Shown piece by piece: positions 28,262-38,140 of a DNA stretch of 64,000 bases. The position numbers were made by a program, and so were the translations under genes. The stretch is from Gammaproteobacteria bacterium (lineage in GTDB: Bacteria > Pseudomonadota > Gammaproteobacteria > JBCCGL01): NCBI GenBank assembly GCA_965277715.1, contig OZ255836.1, forward strand, positions 2,464,001-2,528,000, in the 5' to 3' direction. Under the pieces are notes generated by a model that was not told the origin of the DNA, ran no database searches, and was given only the letters and a program-made list of their open reading frames with translations. How positions within the stretch are numbered: the first letter of the stretch is position 1; every line of letters starts with the position of its first letter.

Positions 28262-29745
28262 GCACTGAGGCAGGTAACCAGGCTCCCGTGCGTGAATACC
28301 CACTGATCCCCAAAATAAAAATCGGCGCGATGCGACACAGCAAACCCTTTACCGCCAGTGCTGAGGTGCAACAAAAGCTTGGTTATCCCGGCGAACTGAT
28401 CGATGACTGGCAGCAGGTGGCGGTGAAAAAAATGGGTGAGCTGGTGAGCCAGTCACGGGGGCTACAGGTGTTTATGGATAGCTGCGTAAAATGCGGCGCC
28501 TGCACCGATAAATGCCACTACTACCTGGGCAGTCACGACCCCAACAATATGCCCGTGGCACGCCAGGATTTATTTCGCAGCGTTTACCGTCGCCACTACA
28601 CCCTGGCCGGGAAATTGTTCCCCAAACTGGTCGGCGCCCGTGAGCTGGACAAAGCCATGCTCGACGATTGGTACAACTATTTCCACCAGTGCTCGCAGTG
28701 CCGTCGCTGCGCGGTGTTCTGCCCCTATGGCATCGATACCGCAGAAATTTCCATGGCGGCGCGGGAAATACTCGATACCGTCGGCGTAGGGCAAAAATAC
28801 AGTAATAACATCGTGCTCAAGGCAAAAACTACCGGCAATAACCTGGGTATGCCACCCGCCGCACTGGCCGATACTCTCGCTGGGTTGGAAGAGGATATTG
28901 AAGCGGAAACCGGCGTTGCCGTGCGGTTACCGCTGGATGAAGCCGGTGCCGATATGCTACTGGTTACCCCTTCAGCCGATTTTTTTGCCGAGCCGCATGT
29001 CGACAGCCTGATCGGTTATGCCAAGGTACTCCACCAAGCGGGCATCACCTGGACACTCAGCTCAACGGCCAGCGAAGCGGCCAATTTTGCCTTATTTACC
29101 GGCGATACAGACAGCATGCAAGCCCTGGCACAGCGCATCGCTGACGCAGCGCAAAGCCTCGGCACCCGGCGCATTGTATTTGGCGAATGCGGCCATGCCT
29201 GGCGGGTTGCGTACAATTACTTCACCCACCTGGCGGGGCCGCTGGATTTTCTCGACCCGCGCTACCCCGTGCCCCAGCACATCTGCGAAATCACCTACGA
29301 CTTAATTCAAAAAGGTGCTTTAAGTTTCGATAAATCGGCCAATGACGATAAGGTATTGACTTACCATGACTCCTGCAACGTGGCGCGGGCCTCACGCATG
29401 GGCGGCATCCCTGGCGGGCAATTTACCCTGCCCCGCGCCATTATCAGAGCCTGTTGTAACCACTTTTACGACATGGCTGAAGAGACCATTGGCGAACAGA
29501 CATTCTGTTGCGGCGGCGGCGGCGGCCTGCTCACCGATGAATTGCAGGCGGTGCGCACAAAAGGTGCACTGCCGCGTATGCACGCCTTGCAGCAGGTGGT
29601 GGAAAAATACGGCGTGACCCATATGGCGGCGATCTGTGCGATTTGCAAAAGTCAGTTTATGTCCGTGATGCCAGAGTATGGATTCAATCGCGATCAAGTG
29701 CTGGGGGTACATCAACTGGTGAGTAATGCAATTGTTTTGCAATAA
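28258..29745 (+). CDS. dsrK: DsrK iron-sulfur protein (HdrD-like, CCG domain)
   Basis: CVKCGACTDKC, CSQCRRCAVFCP, GECGHAWR, HDSCN, FCCGGGGG, CAICK. Confidence 0.93.
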   Translation: MSTEAGNQAPVREYPLIPKIKIGAMRHSKPFTASAEVQQKLGYPGELIDDWQQVAVKKMGELVSQSRGLQVFMDSCVKCGACTDKCHYYLGSHDPNNMPVARQDLFRSVYRRHYTLAGKLFPKLVGARELDKAMLDDWYNYFHQCSQCRRCAVFCPYGIDTAEISMAAREILDTVGVGQKYSNNIVLKAKTTGNNLGMPPAALADTLAGLEEDIEAETGVAVRLPLDEAGADMLLVTPSADFFAEPHVDSLIGYAKVLHQAGITWTLSSTASEAANFALFTGDTDSMQALAQRIADAAQSLGTRRIVFGECGHAWRVAYNYFTHLAGPLDFLDPRYPVPQHICEITYDLIQKGALSFDKSANDDKVLTYHDSCNVARASRMGGIPGGQFTLPRAIIRACCNHFYDMAEETIGEQTFCCGGGGGLLTDELQAVRTKGALPRMHALQQVVEKYGVTHMAAICAICKSQFMSVMPEYGFNRDQVLGVHQLVSNAIVLQ

Positions 29746-29783
29746 CCTGATCAGTGCCATCCTGCACAGATTCTGTTACCAAT

Positions 29784-30680
29784 ATGCTTAAAGACTTAGA
29801 ACAATTTCTCCAGAGCCTGCATATTGAACGACGCAGTTCGGGCCATACGCTAAGCAACTACCGGCGCGATCTAATGGCCTTTCTACAGTATTGCAAGCAG
29901 TATGAACTCACTGAGTGGTCGCAGATAATGGATGGCGACGTGCGTGCTTTTGCCGCTGCCGAACGCGGGCGTGGTCTCGGCAGCCGCAGCCTGGCGCGGC
30001 GTTTGTCTGCACTGCGCTCGTTTTACGATTATCTGCTGCGCATGGCCCAGGTTGAACATAATCCGGCCAAAGCCGTACGTGCGCCAAAGGCCGACAAAAC
30101 CTTGCCCAAAGCGCTTGATGTCGATGACATTGGGCAGTTGCTGGACGGCCCACCCAGTGAATCGGCATTATCAGTGCGCGATTTGGCTATCGTCGAATTG
30201 CTCTACGGGTGTGGTTTGCGCTTATCCGAATTGGTTAATCTGGATTGCCAGCATATTGATGTTTCAGGTAGCAGCGTACGCGTTACCGGCAAAGGCGAAA
30301 AAACGCGTCTTGTGCCACTGGGTAGCAAGGCGGTGGCGGCGCTTGCCCGCTGGCTGCCAGTGCGTGAGCAATGGGTGCGCAATGGTGAGCGGGCACTGTT
30401 TGTATCTAAGCGCGGCGGTATGCGCCTGGGCGCCCGGTCAGTACAGCAGCGCTTAAATTGTTTGGCACGGGAGCGGGGTATTTCACGCAAGCTGCACCCG
30501 CATATGTTGCGCCATTCCTTTGCCAGTCATTTACTGGAATCCAGCGGTGATTTGCGGGCAGTACAGGAACTGCTCGGCCATGCAGACATCGCCACTACGC
30601 AGATCTATACCCACCTCGATTACCAATACCTGGCTAACCTATACGATAAGGCGCATCCACGTGCGCGCCGTAAGCCATGA
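29784..30680 (+). CDS. xerC: Tyrosine recombinase XerC
   Basis: SLARRLSALRSF, GLRLSEL, GKGEKTR, HPHMLRHSFASHLLESSGDLRAVQELLGHADIATTQIYTHLD. Confidence 0.93.
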   Translation: MLKDLEQFLQSLHIERRSSGHTLSNYRRDLMAFLQYCKQYELTEWSQIMDGDVRAFAAAERGRGLGSRSLARRLSALRSFYDYLLRMAQVEHNPAKAVRAPKADKTLPKALDVDDIGQLLDGPPSESALSVRDLAIVELLYGCGLRLSELVNLDCQHIDVSGSSVRVTGKGEKTRLVPLGSKAVAALARWLPVREQWVRNGERALFVSKRGGMRLGARSVQQRLNCLARERGISRKLHPHMLRHSFASHLLESSGDLRAVQELLGHADIATTQIYTHLDYQYLANLYDKAHPRARRKP

Positions 30681-30747
30681 AGCATGGGCCATAAACCTGC
30701 CTGGCTGATGGTGTTACTGTAAAAGTCCCTCTCTTTAATTTTAGGAA

Positions 30748-32628
30748 TTAAAGCAAATCCCACACGCCGTCGAATTCATCTTCGCCACTATCCTGCCGCT
30801 TATCCGGTTTTTTTGCAGAGGGCGCGGGTGCTTCGGGAATGACAAGACCCCGCCCGCCAACACTGGCTGATTGGATTAAAAACTGACTAAAAGAGCCCGT
30901 CTGCTCTACGATACTGGTCAGTTTATATTTCAACTCACGACCACCCACCTGCACGGCGACGGTTTCCTCCGCATTAAACATATATGACTTGGTAATCAAC
31001 GATGCCACCTGCCCTATTGGCTTTATCTCCGGCAACATCAAACACACCTGGGCACTCAAGGCCATTTTATTAGCGTCAGCCTTACGCTCGACGGTAACAG
31101 GCACCACACGCGGCGAGATAATTTGCACGCCACACAACAGTGTATTGTCTTTGTCAAACTGCATCCAGCGAATGACGCCAATGCACCACTGGGTGGACAC
31201 TTTATCCTCAACGGCCTCTTGCCGGGCAAGCAGCCCGCCGACATGCACTGAGGTGCTTCCGTCACCGGTCCACTTTAAACCAAAGCCGCCGGAACTCTTA
31301 TTGACCACTCTCCAGGTCTGATTGATAACAGATTCTGCCGGCAACATTGTGCCGACAGGTTTTTTATCCTGGTAAGCAGGCGGCGATGGGGTGTTACTCA
31401 CCTGAAACTCTTCCCAGTTGAGTGTGTTGCTCTTAGCTTGTTCCTGTTTTTTGGCTGACTGGGCGATAAACCCGGAAAAACCCTGGTGTGCTGATTGTTC
31501 CGTTTCACGTACTGAAGTGGATAAGCTAACCAGACCATAATCCTCTTGCACGGGTGCCTCGGCGATCGGCTCTGGCCCAGAAGATGTGCGTAAATAACTG
31601 AGGCGCTCGTAGATATCGGTTAACCCTACTTCCACCGTGACCTCTTCGTTGCGTATGGCGCGTGCCGATTGGCGCTGGGCCTGCATACCCCAGTTGGTTT
31701 GCAGGCGGAGTAATGCGTTGCGGGTGAGCTCCGTATCCTGTACCAGCGGTGAATCGATCTTAGGCATGGTATCCAGCTTTTTCGCTAACAGCCCCATTAA
31801 ATCCCCCAGATCCAGCACACGGATGTACGCGTCCTGTGATGCGTGCAGAAACTTCAACTGCATCGGTGGGGTGTCGGTGCTCAAATTAATACCAAATAGC
31901 TGTCCAGTGTCCTTTTGCCTGTTTCTAGCCCCCAGTTTGATTTCTGTCACCCAGGTTTCCAATACATGATATACGTGGATTATCTGCCCTTTACGCAGGC
32001 TTTCCGGGCGACTCAATGCCAGTAACAGAGTGCGTTTATAGGCATCGGCGACACTACACTGTGAAACATTGCTTAGTTCTTCATCCGCTACTGGCAGGTT
32101 ATGGCATTTTGTCACTTCACAACTGACATAGATCTGATGCAGGTCACGCCAGATACCGTTAGGTATCGGTTTATAAATTTGCATACAACGCAGTAAACTC
32201 TCAGCCAGGTAGGAGACTGCCCGCTGTGCAGCCAGGGCATATAACTTTGCAGATAGCGCGGTGGCTTTATTGGTGTGTGAATCCTGCAACGCAATTTTAT
32301 AGCCGAAAGTCATTTCGGTGAGAATAGCGAGGTTGAGGTTGAAAATACGCTGTGACTTTTCTACCAGCGGTAATCCTGATGTTGTGTAGCGCTTGAGCAA
32401 ATGGTCAAGCACAAAACGCGCAGTGGGCCGCAGCAGCTCCATAACCTCGACACGCGCACGCGCGTCATTAACCAGTCGATTACTTTGCTTGAGGCATGTA
32501 TAAAACTGACGGGTGATCTCACTGATATCAGTGGCCTGTAGTTCCAAAAGCCACTTTTTTACCTTGCGCGGCGCACCGGGAAAGCTATTTTCTGTCGGTT
32601 CCGATTGTGTCGGTATTTTTAAATCCAT
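30748..32628 (-). CDS. Conserved hypothetical protein with putative C-terminal PilZ-like c-di-GMP-binding motifs
   Basis: Helical N-terminus; RQSAR (RxxxR) and VNKSSGGFG (NxSxGG); IGVIRW. Confidence 0.6.
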   Translation of the reverse strand: MDLKIPTQSEPTENSFPGAPRKVKKWLLELQATDISEITRQFYTCLKQSNRLVNDARARVEVMELLRPTARFVLDHLLKRYTTSGLPLVEKSQRIFNLNLAILTEMTFGYKIALQDSHTNKATALSAKLYALAAQRAVSYLAESLLRCMQIYKPIPNGIWRDLHQIYVSCEVTKCHNLPVADEELSNVSQCSVADAYKRTLLLALSRPESLRKGQIIHVYHVLETWVTEIKLGARNRQKDTGQLFGINLSTDTPPMQLKFLHASQDAYIRVLDLGDLMGLLAKKLDTMPKIDSPLVQDTELTRNALLRLQTNWGMQAQRQSARAIRNEEVTVEVGLTDIYERLSYLRTSSGPEPIAEAPVQEDYGLVSLSTSVRETEQSAHQGFSGFIAQSAKKQEQAKSNTLNWEEFQVSNTPSPPAYQDKKPVGTMLPAESVINQTWRVVNKSSGGFGLKWTGDGSTSVHVGGLLARQEAVEDKVSTQWCIGVIRWMQFDKDNTLLCGVQIISPRVVPVTVERKADANKMALSAQVCLMLPEIKPIGQVASLITKSYMFNAEETVAVQVGGRELKYKLTSIVEQTGSFSQFLIQSASVGGRGLVIPEAPAPSAKKPDKRQDSGEDEFDGVWDLL

Positions 32629-32757
32629 ACTTCATTCACATGTGTTTTGAGACACAGACTAATCATCGTAGGTAACCGCGCTTTTTATCTTAAAAACGAA
32701 AATATAGCAAGATAACTATACACCAGAAAAACGCCCTCATACTACCAGCGATCAGCC

Positions 32758-32812
32758 TAGTACACCGTCTACCTTAAGGGTCCGCGCTATGCAACGGGCG
32801 CCGATAGAAAGT
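32758..32812. mobile_element. Deleted copy of MITE family B
   Basis: TAGTACACCGTCTACCTTAA...GCCGATAGAAAGT matches both ends of 5980-6114 in reverse orientation. Confidence 0.55.
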
Positions 32813-32879
32813 TGTAACAGGCGTTCTCGGACACACCTATTTTAGTATAGAATCAGCCATTTTGATTTTGGAGAAACCC

Positions 32880-33431
32880 ATGGATCAATACCGTGGAACC
32901 ACCATTGTTGCTGTACGCCGTAACAATTGTGTGGTTATCGGGGGGGATGGACAAGTCAGCCTCGGCAATACCATTATGAAAGGCAACGCACGCAAAGTGC
33001 GGCGGCTCTACAAAGACCGTGTACTGGCTGGCTTTGCGGGCGGTACAGCCGATGCATTTACACTGTTTGAACGTTTCGAGGCCAAGCTGGAGGCACACGG
33101 TGGCAATCTCACCCGCGCTGCAGTTGAACTGGCCAAAGACTGGCGAACTGACCGCATGTTGCGGCGCCTGGAGGCACTACTGGCGGTGGCTGACAAAACG
33201 GCCTCGCTGATGATCTCCGGTAACGGCGATGTGATCGAACCGGAGAGTGGCCTTATAGCAATGGGTTCCGGTGGTGCATTTGCCCAGGCGGCGGCCAGCG
33301 CACTGCTCGACAATACTGATTTTGACGCCGGGGAAATTGTGCGCAAGAGCCTGCATATCGCCGCCGATATCTGCATCTATACCAACCACAACCAAACTGT
33401 CGAGATACTGGACTATTCCAGCGATCAATAA
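32880..33431 (+). CDS. hslV: ATP-dependent protease peptidase subunit HslV
   Basis: [29 protein letters not shown]. Confidence 0.97.
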   Translation: MDQYRGTTIVAVRRNNCVVIGGDGQVSLGNTIMKGNARKVRRLYKDRVLAGFAGGTADAFTLFERFEAKLEAHGGNLTRAAVELAKDWRTDRMLRRLEALLAVADKTASLMISGNGDVIEPESGLIAMGSGGAFAQAAASALLDNTDFDAGEIVRKSLHIAADICIYTNHNQTVEILDYSSDQ

Positions 33432-33467
33432 TTGACTTTTTATATGCCCATTAAAGAACCCAACGCT

Positions 33468-34805
33468 ATGCCCTATATGACCCCACGGGAAATTGTCCAG
33501 GAACTGGACAAACACATAATCGGTCAACACGACGCCAAGCGCGCTGTCGCCATTGCGCTGCGCAACCGCTGGCGCAGGCAACAAATCGAGGAGCCGCTAC
33601 GCAGCGAAATCACCCCCAAAAACATTCTCATGATCGGCCCCACCGGGGTTGGCAAAACTGAGATTGCACGGCGGTTGGCGAAGCTGGCCAACGCCCCTTT
33701 TATCAAAATCGAAGCGACCAAGTTTACCGAGGTGGGTTACGTGGGTCGCGATGTTGAATCGATTGTTCGCGACCTAATCGATTCGGCGATTAAAGAGGTG
33801 CGTGAAACCGAGAAAACCAAGGTGCATAACCGTGCCGAAGACGCCGCCGAAGAACGCATTCTCGATGCCCTGTTACCGACTCCACGCAGTGATAAAGAGA
33901 ACGCAAATGAAACGCCCGCCAAACCTTCGGCAACCCGGCAAAAATTCCGCAAAAAACTGCGCGAGGGAGATCTGGACGATAAAGATATCGAGATCGATGT
34001 GAATGCACCACAAATCGGTGTGGAGATCATGGCACCACCGGGCATGGAGGAAATGACACAGCAATTGCAGGGTATGTTTCAAAATATGGGAGCGCAACGC
34101 AGCAGTAAAAAGAAAATGAAAATTCGCGATGCCTTTAAACTGCTCACTGATGAAGAGGCTGCCAACCTGGTCAATGAAGATGACCTAAAGCTCAAGGCAG
34201 TTGAGCAGGTGGAACAAAATGGCATCGTGTTTCTCGACGAGATCGACAAAGTGACGCGCCGTAGCGACAGCCACAGCGGCGGGGATGTCTCCCGCGAAGG
34301 CGTACAACGCGATTTATTGCCACTGGTGGAAGGCTGTACCGTCTCGACCAAATACGGCATGATCAATACCGATCACATCCTGTTTATCGCCTCTGGTGCA
34401 TTTCACCTTAGCAAACCCTCCGACCTTATTCCTGAACTACAGGGCCGCCTGCCGATCAGGGTCGAGCTGGCCGCGCTTAGCAGCGACGATTTTGTGCGTA
34501 TCCTGCGCGAGCCGGATGCCTCGTTGACTGAACAGTATCAGGCATTGCTCGGCACAGAAGAGGTGCATTTGCGTTTTACTGAAGGCGGATTGCAGCGGAT
34601 TGCCGAAGTCGCCTGGGAAGTGAATGAACGCACAGAAAATATTGGCGCCAGGCGTTTGCATACCGTGATGGAACGGCTGCTCGAATCGGCCTCGTTTGAA
34701 GCATCGGATCGGGGTGGGCAGTCACTGGAAGTGGATGTCGATTATGTTAATGAGCACCTGGGGGAATTGTCTCAGGATGAGGATCTGAGTCGGTATATTT
34801 TGTAA
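33468..34805 (+). CDS. hslU: ATP-dependent protease ATPase subunit HslU
   Basis: [32 protein letters not shown]-terminal DLSRYIL. Confidence 0.97.
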   Translation: MPYMTPREIVQELDKHIIGQHDAKRAVAIALRNRWRRQQIEEPLRSEITPKNILMIGPTGVGKTEIARRLAKLANAPFIKIEATKFTEVGYVGRDVESIVRDLIDSAIKEVRETEKTKVHNRAEDAAEERILDALLPTPRSDKENANETPAKPSATRQKFRKKLREGDLDDKDIEIDVNAPQIGVEIMAPPGMEEMTQQLQGMFQNMGAQRSSKKKMKIRDAFKLLTDEEAANLVNEDDLKLKAVEQVEQNGIVFLDEIDKVTRRSDSHSGGDVSREGVQRDLLPLVEGCTVSTKYGMINTDHILFIASGAFHLSKPSDLIPELQGRLPIRVELAALSSDDFVRILREPDASLTEQYQALLGTEEVHLRFTEGGLQRIAEVAWEVNERTENIGARRLHTVMERLLESASFEASDRGGQSLEVDVDYVNEHLGELSQDEDLSRYIL

Positions 34806-34852
34806 CCCACCGTTTCTGCATGTGCGCAAAAAGCCGATATAAACGATACTGT

Positions 34853-36322
34853 TTATTCGGTTTGCCCACCTAAACGCCGTGCCAATTGACCGACTTTGAT
34901 TAATGCCTGTTCAATATCATTCGACCAGGGTTGGCCCGCACACAGGCGGGTGAAATTTTTGTATTTATTGGTAACCGAGAACAGCGAACCAGGGGTGATA
35001 CTAATACCCTGTTCCAACGCGGCCTCGTATAGCGCCAGGGAGTCGGTGCCGCGTGGTAACTGCGCCCACAGTACAAAACCGCCCTGTGGCCGGGTAATGC
35101 GTGTGCCCGCCGGGAAATGTTGACCCACCGCATAGCGCATGCGTTCAACCTGATCGCGGAATGCCTGGCGCAAGCGTAGCAGGTGCCGGTCGTAGTGGCC
35201 GGTGTGTAAAAATTCTGAAATAGCCATTTGGGTGAGTGAAACCGTTGCCGAGCTGGACAGTTGTTTGGCTTTCACCACTTGCGAGTAAAATTTGCCCGGC
35301 AGTACCCACCCCACCCGGTAACCGGGCGCGATGGTTTTTGAAAATGACGAGCAGGTCAACACCAGGCCCTGCTTGTCGTAAGCTTTGCAGGTGCGGGGCC
35401 GGTGTTCGCCAAAGTAAAGATCGCCAAAAATATCGTCTTCAATTAGCGGGATATTTTTTACTGCCAGCAGTTCGACCATTTTCTTTTTGTTTTCATCGGG
35501 CATTAGGCAGCCAAGCGGGTTACTGAAGTTACCGATATGTATAACGGCTTTGATGTCGACACTGTTCAATGCATTTTCGAGCGCATCCAGGCACATGCCG
35601 TGTTCCGGGTCGGTATCGATTTCCACGGCTAACATGCCCAGTTTTTCAATCATTTGCAGCATAATAAAATAAGTGGGGGACTCCACGGCGATAATATCCC
35701 CCGGCTTGGCCACCGCTTGTAAGCTAACGCTGAGTGCCTCGGTTGCACCACTGGTAATTACAACATCTTCGGCACTGATTGAAGAGCCAATGTCACTGGA
35801 GCGAAGGGCGATTTGTCGGCGCAGTTCGTAATTGCCTGGTAGCCAGCAGTAGCGGGTTGCGGCCTCTGGTTGGCGCGAGATGATTTGATTCATTGCCCGC
35901 GCCAATCCTTTGGTAGGTAATAGGGATGTATCTGGGTTGGCCAGGCCCAGTGGTACAACGCCGGGTTCGTTGGATAAGTTAAAAATCGTTTCCACCACAT
36001 CGCCAAGCTGTACTTTGCGGGGCTGGCCACGGGGGTTGGTTTTGCGCGGTTGCGACAGGGCGTTACCGGGGTTGTGGCGCACGTAAAAACCCGACTGTGG
36101 CCGCGATTCGATCAGCCCCTGATCTTCGAGATTGAGGTAGGCCTGCATGACGGTGGCAATGCTGACGTTGAGCTTTTTGCTCATGCTACGCAGTGAGGGA
36201 ACGCGGTCGCCGGGGGTGAGTGTATGGGTTTCAATCATCCCGGTAACCAGCCGTGCAACCTGATCGTATAGGTAACCGTGGCTGTTGCCCGCTGTAGTGT
36301 TTTGTGATGCAGTGCTGTTCAT
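34853..36322 (-). CDS. MocR/GabR-family regulator (GntR HTH plus PLP aminotransferase domain; YjiR-like)
   Basis: GDRVPSLR...SIATVMQAY, SRPQSGFYV, IEDDIFG, SFSKTIAPGYRVGW. Confidence 0.92.
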   Translation of the reverse strand: MNSTASQNTTAGNSHGYLYDQVARLVTGMIETHTLTPGDRVPSLRSMSKKLNVSIATVMQAYLNLEDQGLIESRPQSGFYVRHNPGNALSQPRKTNPRGQPRKVQLGDVVETIFNLSNEPGVVPLGLANPDTSLLPTKGLARAMNQIISRQPEAATRYCWLPGNYELRRQIALRSSDIGSSISAEDVVITSGATEALSVSLQAVAKPGDIIAVESPTYFIMLQMIEKLGMLAVEIDTDPEHGMCLDALENALNSVDIKAVIHIGNFSNPLGCLMPDENKKKMVELLAVKNIPLIEDDIFGDLYFGEHRPRTCKAYDKQGLVLTCSSFSKTIAPGYRVGWVLPGKFYSQVVKAKQLSSSATVSLTQMAISEFLHTGHYDRHLLRLRQAFRDQVERMRYAVGQHFPAGTRITRPQGGFVLWAQLPRGTDSLALYEAALEQGISITPGSLFSVTNKYKNFTRLCAGQPWSNDIEQALIKVGQLARRLGGQTE

Positions 36323-36375
36323 ATAAACTGTTATGGTTACATTTCTTATAAACTGTATCTGTTACTATAACAGTT
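36322..36375. promoter_or_regulatory. Putative MocR operator between the divergent regulator and DUF1127 genes
   Basis: TATAAACTGT direct repeat at 36322 and 36347; AACTGTTAT (36326) inverted with ATAACAGTT (36367). Confidence 0.6.
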
Positions 36376-36492
36376 TTACCTTAAAATACTACTCCCACAA
36401 GGGTACTTAGTAAGAAGAGTTACCCGTAACCCGGTTGTCAGGACAAAATCCATGGCAATCAAATATGGCTAACCAATGCCAGGAGTAAGAAA

Positions 36493-36729
36493 ATGACTGC
36501 AATTACCCATACATCTGCTTTTCAAGAAGACATCAGCGCAAACGTTTACGCCTTTACCCGAAGCATCGAAGCGTTTGTACAAACTATAGGCAGCACTGCC
36601 AAGTTGTGGATGAGACGCCACAACAGCCGCCGCCAACTCGCACAACTGAATCAGCAAATGCTCACCGATATTGGTTTGAGCCAAGCGGATGTATTTGCCG
36701 AGCTGAGCAAGCCTTTCTGGCGTGCCTGA
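36493..36729 (+). CDS. DUF1127 (YjiS-like) small protein
   Basis: W.RRHNSRRQLAQL...LTDIGLS...KPFWRA; AGGAG RBS. Confidence 0.9.
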   Translation: MTAITHTSAFQEDISANVYAFTRSIEAFVQTIGSTAKLWMRRHNSRRQLAQLNQQMLTDIGLSQADVFAELSKPFWRA

Positions 36730-36730
36730 A

Positions 36731-36763
36731 GTTTTCGGGCCGGTTTGTGTAGGCCCGACAAAC
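36731..36763 (+). terminator. Hairpin downstream of the DUF1127 gene
   Basis: GTTTTCGGGCC-N10-GGCCCGACAAAC. Confidence 0.5.
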
Positions 36764-36845
36764 AGTTCTCTCCTCCTTAGAAGTATTTGGGCCATGGATG
36801 GCCTGTTTTTTTCTCCTGTCTCTTGAGTTTATCCGGCTTTTGTTT

Positions 36846-36893
36846 CTAGATCTCATATATTAACTTGCACACAAGTAAATATATGGGGCCTAG
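36846..36893. repeat. 48-bp palindromic mini-element, copy 2, bounded by CTAG
   Basis: CTAGATCTCATATATTAACTTG-CACA-CAAGTAAATATATGGGGCCTAG. Confidence 0.7.
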
Positions 36894-36934
36894 TACACCG
36901 CCTACCTTAATATTGTCGATTTTTAGTTGGTGAG
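36891..36934. mobile_element. End fragment of MITE family B
   Basis: TAGTACACCGCCTACCTTAATATTGTCGAT resembles the reverse complement of 6085-6116. Confidence 0.55.
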
Positions 36935-36987
36935 TTATTCGTTTCAATAAGCTAACGTCGATACCTACTGGTTGACTCATGCATTAA

Positions 36988-37012
36988 CTTAAATTCCGCA
37001 GAGAAATTTAGG
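36988..37012. mobile_element. 25-bp collapsed copy of MITE family A
   Basis: ATTAA|CTTAAATTCCGCAGAGAAATTTAGG|TTTAA: both ends plus near-duplicated 5-bp flanks. Confidence 0.55.
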
Positions 37013-37091
37013 TTTAATCAACTCAAAATTGGGATGTGCCAGGGGACATACCAGGGGGCGTTCATTTTATGGTTATAGAACCGGATACTAT

Positions 37092-37973
37092 ATGCTGACT
37101 CATTCAACTACCTTGTATTTTTCCTGTGTGCTGATTTGGGGCACGTCGTGGTTTGCTATTAAGTTTCAGCTCGGTAGCGTTGCCGAGGAGGTTTCGCTGG
37201 TCTATCGGTTTTTGCTGGCGTCGGTGATATTGCTGGTTTTTTGTCTGGTAACCCGGCGCAATCTGCGCTTCTCTGTGCGTGAACACGCTTTTATGGCTTT
37301 GCAGGGCTTATTTTTGTTTTCCAGTAATTACCTGGTGTTTTATTGGGCCACGCATCTGCTCACGTCCGGCTTGATTGCGGTAGCGTTTTCGACGGTTGTT
37401 TTCATGAATATTATTGGCAGTGCGATTGCCTTCCGGCAACCTATCGCGGGTAAGGTCGTGGTCGGTGCTGCACTCGGTCTGACCGGTATTACGATGATCT
37501 TCTGGCCAGAGCTTGCCGCCTTTGAACTGAGTGGCGATGGTTCACGGGCACTGATGTTGTCACTGTTCGCCACGGCATTGGCCTCGTGCGGTAATATTGT
37601 TTCTGCCCGCAATCAAAAGCGGGCGCTGCCCGTTGTCCAGACCAATGCCTGGGGTATGGGCTACGGCGCCCTGGCGATGGCGGTGTTCGCTTTTTTTCAC
37701 GGCGTGCCGTTTAATCTTGAAGTCACGCCCACCTACCTGGGTTCGCTGTTGTACCTCAGCGTATTTGCCTCGGTATTAGCGTTTGGTTGTTACCTGACAC
37801 TGATCGGCAGAATCGGTGCCGATAAAACAGCCTATGCAGCGGTCGTGTTTCCGGTGGTGGCACTAACCCTCTCCACGGTGTTTGAAGGTTATCAGTGGAC
37901 ACCGCTGGCCGCTGTCGGGTTGGCGTTGGTGCTGATGGGTAATGTTGTTGTGTTGCGTAAAGCGGCCAATTGA
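37092..37973 (+). CDS. EamA/DMT-family transporter
   Basis: LIWGTSWFAIKFQLG, YRFLLAS, about 10 TM segments, YLTLIGRIGADK. Confidence 0.9.
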   Translation: MLTHSTTLYFSCVLIWGTSWFAIKFQLGSVAEEVSLVYRFLLASVILLVFCLVTRRNLRFSVREHAFMALQGLFLFSSNYLVFYWATHLLTSGLIAVAFSTVVFMNIIGSAIAFRQPIAGKVVVGAALGLTGITMIFWPELAAFELSGDGSRALMLSLFATALASCGNIVSARNQKRALPVVQTNAWGMGYGALAMAVFAFFHGVPFNLEVTPTYLGSLLYLSVFASVLAFGCYLTLIGRIGADKTAYAAVVFPVVALTLSTVFEGYQWTPLAAVGLALVLMGNVVVLRKAAN

Positions 37974-38029
37974 GCGTGAACACAGTGCAATACAATAATT
38001 TGTTTGCAAAGTTAATCGCTTAGTATGTA

Positions 38030-38052
38030 TGTGCCTAAATCGATTTGGCACA
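38030..38052. terminator. Palindromic hairpin between convergent genes
   Basis: TGTGCCTAAATCGATTTGGCACA. Confidence 0.4.
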
Positions 38053-38140
38053 CAAACCGAATCATGTCACGCTAATTGAGAAAGTGTCAGGTGTATTGGA
38101 AAATGGCGACAAATATTTCCCAAAACCGATCACCCGGTAT

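Noticed and set aside
29784-30680. Tyrosine recombinase as a prophage or island integrase
   Set aside because: Carries the XerC signature and lies near hslVU; no att sites, dif site or phage genes seen.
32811-32860. Possible sigma-32 promoter for hslVU
   Set aside because: Only a weak match to CTTGAA-N13/14-CCCCAT and partly overlapped by a MITE remnant.
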